A stretch of 64,000 bases of DNA from Limisphaerales bacterium (GTDB taxonomy: Bacteria; Verrucomicrobiota; Verrucomicrobiia; Limisphaerales; AAA164-E04), in the NCBI GenBank assembly GCA_965204945.1, contig OZ242022.1, positions 2,138,369 to 2,202,368 on the forward strand. Direction: 5' to 3'. Both the position numbers and the translations under genes were made by a program. How positions within the stretch are numbered: the first letter of the stretch is position 1; every line of letters begins with the position of its first letter. Under the pieces are notes generated by a model, which saw only the letters and a program-made list of their open reading frames with translations, did not search any database and was not told the DNA's origin. Positions 57,264 through 64,000 of this stretch are shown here, one piece after another.

Positions 57264-59432
57264 TTAAAAAGTCTCCGGTATTATCTCCTCGGAAATGTCA
57301 ATAGTCAAGGTTCTTTTGGCGCCAAAATCATCCGTGATTTCGACCGAATCTGAAAACTTGAGCCAATGAGGTTTGCCGTCGTTTCCCGGCGAGAAAAAAC
57401 CAAGATGCGAATGCCGTTGGAAATAGCAACCCTTTGCGGGAATATCGCACACAAATTCATCGCCGGCGCCATCATTTGTCGCATCCGTTTGGCTCAGGTA
57501 GATTTTGTCCTGCATTTCCAAAACGAAAGTTTTCAACGGCTTGAGGTTTTGGCCGGCGTTGGGCTTGTTGTCTTTTTTCGACTTCGAAACTTCGGAGATT
57601 TCCACGCGCATTTTCTTGTTGGGCGGCACAGGCGGCGCGTTGCGGGCTTTTCTGATCTTTCCCCAAAATTTTGCCGAAACGAACAAGAGGAAAATTGCAG
57701 GAATCAGAATCCACCAGAAACGCTGCAACCAACCTTTTGGAGGCTCTGGACTAATGGCAATCAAAAGACTGGCCGAGGATTGCTCTTCGCCGTCGCCTTG
57801 CACGATTAGCGTAATGGTTTTGTCACCCGGCGTTTGGAAAGTGAATTCAGGATGTCTTTCCATGCTAGAACTTTCATCGTTGAAGTTCCACCGCCAAGAT
57901 TGAATCAAGCCGATGGACTCGTCCAGAAAGCGGACTGTTTGCCCCACTCCTATTTTAGAAGGGCTATCCAAACCAATCGCCGCTTGGGGAGGAGGAATGG
58001 GCGGAGGAGGAATAAATAAAGTTGGCGGCGACGGCAGAATAGTCAGGCTATGGATTTTGCTACGAATTTCTTGGCCGTTGGAAAGTTTGCCGACCAGTTG
58101 AACTCTAAAAGTCTTTGGATCATCCCCATCGTTTTCATATTGATGTTGCGGCGATCTTTCCGCGCTGGTTTGGCCGTCGCCAAAATCCCAGCGGAAGGAC
58201 ACAAAGTTGCCTTGGGACTCGTTGGCAAATTGCACAACTTGATTGTGATGGTATGTTTTTGGATTCGCTCGGAAATTCACAATGGCGGACGGTTCGCGGA
58301 CAATGAGAGTTTGTGGATCGGAAGGAAACCACTTGCCGTTTTCATTCTGCGCGGAAAAGACAACGGAAAACTCGCCTTCGGAAGCAAACTTCCATTCAAA
58401 ATCCAACTCCCTGCCTTTGATTTCGTCATCGATCTCCCACTTGTAAGCAACGGGATGTCCCAAACTGCGCCCGTAAAACCGGACGGATTGCATAGATGAA
58501 GGATTGAGGGGTTTCCAGTGGAGAACTTCGGAGCGGATCGAAGGCGGCTGATACGGATCAGAAACCTGAATAGTTACTTGCGAATGTTCTTGACCACCTT
58601 GCGCCCCTTCTACTTCAAGACGGATGGCATGCTCTCCGCTGGTTGTAAAAATGTGCTTTAAAACTTTGTTGGTAGAAACCGGTTGGCCGTTCACGCTCCA
58701 ACTATAAGTTTTGTAAATCGAGGAAGAGTTTTCATAAGCGATCATTTCCTTGCCAACACGAAGGCCCTTCGGCCGCCATTCAACGACCGGAGACAACAAA
58801 ATCTCAAAGTTGGGATCGTGTCTGAGGCGAAAACCGGAATGGTCTCCTATATCTCTCTGGGTTTTTACATCCATCTTGAAGTCGCCGAGTATGACGAGGT
58901 GACCTTGTATGCTCTTGCCGTCCACCGGAAAACCTTTCACAGCTTCATTGAAAGTGGGGACATCTTCATTCTCTTCGGTGTTTTGCCCGTCGGTGAACAC
59001 TCTTACCTGCACTGTTTGTCCGGGATTTTCGTTTGCATAGCGCGTGGCCACCTCCAATGCCTTGCGCAAAGTCGTCCACAAATGTGTCTTTCCAGTTTTA
59101 TGCGCTTCTGCTTCTTCATCGATTCCGTCGCACCAGACAAGCGCCGGCTGATGATCCAATTTGTTTCGGAAAATGAATTCGCGTTGCGATTGGATTCCAG
59201 AGTTAAACGAAACCAACGTGAGCCGCGATCCCAAAGGCAAGGCTTGAAGCCAGCTTTGTAGCGCATTCTGCACCGTTGTAATCCGATTCTGCGAATCGCT
59301 CGGAGAAACGCTTCTTGTCATCGACCCGGACGTATCCACCACAATGACATAATCCGCCGCTTGCAAAGACCCGCCGGCCCAAAACGCGAACGCCAGCGAC
59401 AACAACACTCTCAAAACAATTCGATACATCAT
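57264..59432 (-). CDS. secreted vWA domain, three or four PKD/Ig domains, a TM helix and a cytoplasmic tail
   Basis: Signal peptide; MIDAS VVDTSGSM..T..FTDGQ. PKD-like WSVNG.., FRWDFGDGQTS and WRWNFNDESS. TM segment WWILIPAIFLLFVS followed by a ~130-aa tail. Confidence 0.8.
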   Translation of the reverse strand: MMYRIVLRVLLSLAFAFWAGGSLQAADYVIVVDTSGSMTRSVSPSDSQNRITTVQNALQSWLQALPLGSRLTLVSFNSGIQSQREFIFRNKLDHQPALVWCDGIDEEAEAHKTGKTHLWTTLRKALEVATRYANENPGQTVQVRVFTDGQNTEENEDVPTFNEAVKGFPVDGKSIQGHLVILGDFKMDVKTQRDIGDHSGFRLRHDPNFEILLSPVVEWRPKGLRVGKEMIAYENSSSIYKTYSWSVNGQPVSTNKVLKHIFTTSGEHAIRLEVEGAQGGQEHSQVTIQVSDPYQPPSIRSEVLHWKPLNPSSMQSVRFYGRSLGHPVAYKWEIDDEIKGRELDFEWKFASEGEFSVVFSAQNENGKWFPSDPQTLIVREPSAIVNFRANPKTYHHNQVVQFANESQGNFVSFRWDFGDGQTSAERSPQHQYENDGDDPKTFRVQLVGKLSNGQEIRSKIHSLTILPSPPTLFIPPPPIPPPQAAIGLDSPSKIGVGQTVRFLDESIGLIQSWRWNFNDESSSMERHPEFTFQTPGDKTITLIVQGDGEEQSSASLLIAISPEPPKGWLQRFWWILIPAIFLLFVSAKFWGKIRKARNAPPVPPNKKMRVEISEVSKSKKDNKPNAGQNLKPLKTFVLEMQDKIYLSQTDATNDGAGDEFVCDIPAKGCYFQRHSHLGFFSPGNDGKPHWLKFSDSVEITDDFGAKRTLTIDISEEIIPETF

Positions 59433-59497
59433 AACAATAAAAACAATCAATTTACACTTTCGGCAACAAAACCACAGCCGGCAATGGCTTTGTTCGG

Positions 59498-61246
59498 TTA
59501 AATGCCGTCGGCGTGGGGCCAGATTTGGACAATCGCTTGCACTAATCGCTCGCTACGTTTCACAATTGTTGTTTCGTCCCATACTTCCGGAGCATTATCC
59601 AACAACTCTTTGTTGAGATACAATCCGCTGTGTTGGTGCAATGCTTTCTTTTTGTTTTCCCATGATTTGTTGGGGATAGCAAAATTCAATCTTTTGCTTG
59701 CCAGAGTTAAATTTCCAATGAAATCGACGAATCCATCTAAATTACCATTGGGGTTTACTGCAAAGCCTCCCTGCGGCAAAATACGTTCAACGGTTAGCTC
59801 GCTGGTATCGCCAAGCGGCTTTGCAGACATGGGTTTGCTTGTTGCGATGGCTTCAAAAACCATCATTTTCTGCGCTTTACTTCCGGGCATTGAAAAATTA
59901 GTGAGATAAGAAATCACTTCGTCGTCGTCGGGCCAGCGATTGCCTCCAAATTTCTTGTTCAAAAATTGGATTATGACTTTATCCGTTGGTTGACTTTTTT
60001 GCGCTTCCAAGGGTTTTGCCATATCAGTAAAAAGATTCTTCAGTCCTGTCCCGTATATTTTACACAGCATTCGCCGCACTAGATAGCTTTCCAATGCGCG
60101 AGCAATTCTTTGCCATTCGTCTTCGGAAACGTCGTTCGTGTAAAGCCACAGCAAGGGCGGCATGATTACGCCGATTTTCATCGTCTTAATTCGCTCTAGA
60201 AACAATGCTATTCTTTCTCCCGGCGGCTCGTCCTCCTTAATTTTTCCCGGCAACTTGTTCTTCTCAATTTTCCAATAAGCTAATCCTGATTCCTTAATGT
60301 CTTCTGCAACCTCTTCAATGTTTGGTTGGAACTGAATGTAGTTGCGAAACTCTTCCGCCGTACGATCAAAGGTAACGTATTTGCTGATGCGCATCATGAT
60401 CCAATAGTTTAGGAATCTGTCGAGGCGGATCTGAGAATCTTTCCCTTGTCCATCTAAAAAATGCCACCAGATATCCTCAAACATTCCAAACAGCTGCTCC
60501 GCCTTCTGCTCGTCGTCGATAACGTTGGCTTTGTACATTATCGTGCCTTTGATAAGATCGGCTTGGGTCAACGGTTTTCCGCGTGCATTAAGGGTTTCAA
60601 AAATGACGTACGGTTCTTGTCTGGGTGCCAAGATAATGGACACCACTTTTAACTGCTTGACGAGGGCTTTGTGCAAAGCCGTCGCTCTGACATCGACGTT
60701 TGCATGGCGGCTGACCCACTCGAGCACATTTTCATGGAAGTAGTTGTAAGCTTTTGTGATGTCGTGGGACTGATGCTCTAATTTAATTTCATCTCTAATG
60801 ACTGCCCGAAAAACTCGTCGGTCTCTGTTGGACTGGACAATTTTAGTTTCGTTGAGAGGGTCGTTCCCAGTTCGCTTTCGGTCATTGAGTAAAAGCTTGT
60901 CCAAGTTGAATTTTTTGGTATCGCTCAGCGATTTTTGAAACGCCTTTTGCGTGGCTTTGATCAAGAGTTGCAACGTCGTGAGCCTTTGCTGGCCGTCCAC
61001 TACAAAAATTTGGCTAACTTTGGCATCCGCCGATTTCATCGGTTGCAGAAGGATGGACCCCATAAAGTGAGGAAGTAAATCTTTTTGACGATATTTGAGG
61101 ATGCGATCCGCCATTTTGTGGGCGTCTTCCCATAATGGTTGCCATTGTTTTTCGCTCCACGCATAAGGGCGCTGGAACTGCGGAATGCGATAAGAAACGG
61201 AATCGTCAAACAGGTCGTCAATCCCTTGAATTTTTGCGTCCATCAT
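59498..61246 (-). CDS. DUF262 plus DUF1524 (GmrSD-like) protein
   Basis: N-terminal YRIPQFQRPYAW and VVDGQQRLTT. The C-terminal ..VERILPQ...IGNLTLASKRLN matches the DUF1524 layout but has Arg where the HxxP His is expected. Confidence 0.8.
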   Translation of the reverse strand: MMDAKIQGIDDLFDDSVSYRIPQFQRPYAWSEKQWQPLWEDAHKMADRILKYRQKDLLPHFMGSILLQPMKSADAKVSQIFVVDGQQRLTTLQLLIKATQKAFQKSLSDTKKFNLDKLLLNDRKRTGNDPLNETKIVQSNRDRRVFRAVIRDEIKLEHQSHDITKAYNYFHENVLEWVSRHANVDVRATALHKALVKQLKVVSIILAPRQEPYVIFETLNARGKPLTQADLIKGTIMYKANVIDDEQKAEQLFGMFEDIWWHFLDGQGKDSQIRLDRFLNYWIMMRISKYVTFDRTAEEFRNYIQFQPNIEEVAEDIKESGLAYWKIEKNKLPGKIKEDEPPGERIALFLERIKTMKIGVIMPPLLWLYTNDVSEDEWQRIARALESYLVRRMLCKIYGTGLKNLFTDMAKPLEAQKSQPTDKVIIQFLNKKFGGNRWPDDDEVISYLTNFSMPGSKAQKMMVFEAIATSKPMSAKPLGDTSELTVERILPQGGFAVNPNGNLDGFVDFIGNLTLASKRLNFAIPNKSWENKKKALHQHSGLYLNKELLDNAPEVWDETTIVKRSERLVQAIVQIWPHADGI

Positions 61247-61273
61247 AAAAATGCGTCTCTTTTACGGTTTTTC

Positions 61274-61876
61274 TTAAAAAAGTGTGGATTTGTCTTTGGA
61301 AATGATTTCCACTTTTAAGCGAATTCCAAGATGCTGGGCAATTTCATCGAGCTGCTCTTTCTTTTTTCGAGTGCCTGAATAGAGGCAAATATACCATCCC
61401 TGGATTTTTTGTTGCGCGAATGTTTTACCGTCGCGGCGTGGGGCAGAATCGATCAAAGGAACTCCATTCCCGTGAAGCCCTAGTTTGCGGACTTTGTCGA
61501 TTCCGATCTTTTGGATGGTTTCGACAAAGGTATTCCTCGCGGAGTTTCTTTCAATTCTCTCTCCGTAGGGAAACGTCACTCTCAATTTGGTTTGAGGCGC
61601 GTTTGGGGGTCTGTAAATTTTAGGCGGCGGATCATCTTCTGGAGGATCCTCAAGAATGTCGATGCCGTCGATCCATTCTTGGCGCAGGGCGTTCACACGG
61701 GTTTGGAAGGCTTTGAGGTTCTTGCCGCGGTCGAGAAGAACTTGGCCTTTCTCATAATCCGCGTTCATGGAGGCTTGCGTGATTTGTTTCGTGATTTCCT
61801 GATTGGCTTTGTCCAACTCTTCCATGACCAGCTTGAAAGCTGCGGCGACACTGTCTTTGTTTAGGTGTTCGTTCAT
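61274..61876 (-). CDS. hypothetical protein (N-terminal helical region, P-rich linker, C-terminal alpha/beta domain)
   Basis: 200-aa ORF lying 27 nt upstream of the DUF262 gene. No motif recognised. Confidence 0.5.
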   Translation of the reverse strand: MNEHLNKDSVAAAFKLVMEELDKANQEITKQITQASMNADYEKGQVLLDRGKNLKAFQTRVNALRQEWIDGIDILEDPPEDDPPPKIYRPPNAPQTKLRVTFPYGERIERNSARNTFVETIQKIGIDKVRKLGLHGNGVPLIDSAPRRDGKTFAQQKIQGWYICLYSGTRKKKEQLDEIAQHLGIRLKVEIISKDKSTLF

Positions 61877-61912
61877 GTTTGTTTGATGCGGTGTTTTTGG
61901 CGGTTGGCAAAC

Positions 61913-63349
61913 TCACACGGCGGCGGGGACGACAAAGGGCTTGCGATAAAAGCGCGAGAGGAGGAGATTGGCGGGAGTGTTGCCAATGAATTGCTCGGCG
62001 TGTTTGTCGATGCGGAGTTTGGGTCCGAGTTGGTATGTAGAGCGCAAGGGATCAATGCCGATGGCTTTTGTGTTTTCCAGAACGGTTCGAAGAGAGTCGG
62101 TGATCACTTCGGATTCGCCGAGAGCGGTGGTTGGGTTGGCGAAGGGATATTGCCAGCCCAGCCGGTAGGAGATGTTGCCGAGGTGGCAGAGGGCGCTGGA
62201 GTAGTGGCCTTCCAAAATGTCGGCGTGTTGTTGGCGGCGATTGCGGCTGCGGACGGCGTCAATGAAGTTTTCGAAGATGTTGCCGTTGTGGAGTTGGAAG
62301 TCAACTTCGCCGAGGTCTTGGCCGTCGCCTTGTCCGTTTTCGAAGAACTTGCCTTGGCGGATGACGCCGGCTTCGAGGTAGAATTCGTTGTCCACGATGC
62401 GAGGGAAGTCGCTCATTTTACCAACGAGGCCGCGGGTTTCGAAGACGAGTTGAGTTTGGCCGTAGTCAAAGACGGCGAGTTGCATGTTGGGGGTTTGGCC
62501 TTGGTCGGCGTAGTTGGGGCCGTCGACGTAGCGTCCGCCGATGGCGACGACGGATTTGGGGAGGGTGGCGTCTTTGATGGCCCAGCGGGCGATGTCCATT
62601 TGATGGACGCCTTGATTGCCGATGTCACCGTTGCCGAAGTCCCAGAACCAGTGCCAGTTGTAGTGGACGAGGTTGCGGTGGAAGGGTTGTTCGGGAGCGG
62701 GGCCGAGCCAGAGATCGAAATTCACGTTGCCGGGGACTTCTTCGTAGGGTTTGTAGCCGATGCTCCAGCGGGGTTTGCAGCAGTAGCCTTTGGAGACGAG
62801 GAGTTTGCCGTATTTGCCGCTGTGGACGGCGGCGATTTGCTTGGCCCAGCCGCTGCTGGCGCGGCTTTGCGTGCCGTGTTGGACGATGCGGTTGTATTTG
62901 CGGGAGGCTTCAACGCATTGACGGCCTTCGAAGACGTTGTGGCTGCAGGGTTTCTCGACGTAGACGTCTTTGCCGGCTTGGCAAGCCCAGACGGTGATGA
63001 GGGAGTGCCAGTGGTTGGGCGTGGCAATGGCGACGGCGTCGACGCTTTTGTCTTCCAAGAGCTTGCGGACGTCGGCGTAGGTGGAGACTTTGGGGGCGTT
63101 GTCTTTTTCCAGTTGGTCGACTCGGCGGCGGATGACGTAGTCGTCAATGTCGCAGAGAGCGGTGACGCGGACGCCGGGAATGCTGCGGAAGCCTTTGATG
63201 TGGGAGCTTCCGCGTCCGTTGATGCCGACAACGGCGACTCGGATGTCTTCATTGGCGCCGAGGACTTTGGAGTGCGGATGGGCTAACGCCAGGCCGAAGC
63301 CGGCGCCGAAGGTGTTTTTGACGAAGTGTCGACGGTTTAATTTTCTCAT
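61913..63349 (-). CDS. Tat-exported Gfo/Idh/MocA-family oxidoreductase
   Basis: Twin-arginine signal NRRHFVKNTFGAGFGLALA; Rossmann IRVAVVGINGRG; EKP. Confidence 0.85.
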   Translation of the reverse strand: MRKLNRRHFVKNTFGAGFGLALAHPHSKVLGANEDIRVAVVGINGRGSSHIKGFRSIPGVRVTALCDIDDYVIRRRVDQLEKDNAPKVSTYADVRKLLEDKSVDAVAIATPNHWHSLITVWACQAGKDVYVEKPCSHNVFEGRQCVEASRKYNRIVQHGTQSRASSGWAKQIAAVHSGKYGKLLVSKGYCCKPRWSIGYKPYEEVPGNVNFDLWLGPAPEQPFHRNLVHYNWHWFWDFGNGDIGNQGVHQMDIARWAIKDATLPKSVVAIGGRYVDGPNYADQGQTPNMQLAVFDYGQTQLVFETRGLVGKMSDFPRIVDNEFYLEAGVIRQGKFFENGQGDGQDLGEVDFQLHNGNIFENFIDAVRSRNRRQQHADILEGHYSSALCHLGNISYRLGWQYPFANPTTALGESEVITDSLRTVLENTKAIGIDPLRSTYQLGPKLRIDKHAEQFIGNTPANLLLSRFYRKPFVVPAAV

Positions 63350-63529
63350 GAGAGCAAAAACGATATTTAATTGTTATTTGAAATAAGAGTAACTGGTTGG
63401 GTTTATAGCGCGGGCCGTTTTGAAAAGCAAAAGAAATCCAGCGAAGAGGGGAAGAATATCTATCGGGCAAGAAAAACAGGAGGATGTCAAATTAATCGTT
63501 CGATTCGCAGACTGTGGTCATGCGACAAC

Positions 63530-64000
63530 CTACAAGTCGCTGAGTGTTTGGAACGCTTGGGAGAGCTTGCCGCCATAGCTTTCGAGCTATATCGGTGAAT
63601 TGTTCGCCGGAAACAAAAGCCAGAACGTGTCTGTGCCTCCGGCCCCAGTGTGTTGAGGGGTATGCCCAATGACATAATCGTACAACGCCTTCTTGGGAAT
63701 CACCCAGCACCGAGCGTCAAACGGCGACAAGCCAAGGCAGATGAGAAAGTCGTAGTCTTGATCCCGTATTTGTTGGAAGTTGTAGACGCCGCTTTTCCAG
63801 AGAGTCGAAAACTTGATCTCGACCCTGCGTCCCTGAATCACCTTGTCGGCTTCAGTATCTCCGCTTGGCCCGACGCTGAGGCCTTTCGCCGCGCACCAAC
63901 CCGAAACGAGTTGCTCGCCGATTTTGCCAACTTGCCGCGAGGGACGCGTTTTGATCCAAGCGAAAGGACTTCCAATCCAGTCCTCGTTCTCCTCGTAATC
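63530..64000 (-). pseudogene. 5'-partial PD-(D/E)xK-like nuclease gene with an in-frame TAG
   Basis: The frame is open to the window edge: ..GDTEADKVIQGRRVEIKFST.. (D...E-x-K). TAG at 63587-63589 is followed in frame by LESYGGKLSQAFQTLSDL and then a stop at 63530-63532. Confidence 0.45.

Overview
This 64-kb window comes from a moderately high-GC bacterium, most plausibly a PVC-superphylum (Verrucomicrobiota-like) organism. The taxon cues are a DUF1559/H-X9-DG prepilin-like protein, a PEP-CTERM protein and a giant LamG/Ig secreted protein. All product calls come from motif recognition by eye; no database search was run.

Housekeeping blocks: ispF, an rhaB-like kinase, parA, a TonB-receptor/AraC/PepSY iron module, ilvE, mcsA-mcsB, hsp20-lon, atpB-E-F-H-A-G, panD-lpxD and two Gfo/Idh/MocA oxidoreductases. 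These alternate with AT-richer accessory segments. Hand counts on single 60-nt lines gave 30% GC at 901-960, 38% at 27901-27960 and 43% at 54241-54300, against 63% at 49381-49440.

Most notable observations:
1. A lower-GC island (51.1-61.9 kb) holds a 997-aa tubulin/FtsZ-like GTPase, two vWA-MIDAS membrane proteins, a 4-TM plus coiled-coil protein and a DUF262/DUF1524 (GmrSD-like) protein. They form two tightly packed convergent gene strings, a candidate undescribed membrane-associated or defence-like system.
2. A ~155-nt hairpin-rich non-coding leader is conserved upstream of two otherwise strongly diverged paralogous gene cassettes (9.8 kb and 34.2 kb). Further upstream each copy has a conserved 11-bp-period direct repeat.
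3. Nine copies of a heptanucleotide (CAAGCGG) lie in the signal-peptide region of the PEP-CTERM gene. The current count puts the ATG out of frame, which is a classic phase-variation layout.
4. A perfect 10-bp tandem duplication splits what would otherwise be one MTase-HNH fusion ORF.
5. Three translationally coupled small ORFs are inserted between atpF and atpH, and atpD/atpC are absent after atpG.
6. There is a 6-kb stretch of decayed genes (24.4-30.4 kb). Across the window, four loci have in-frame stop codons followed by continuing coding signal.
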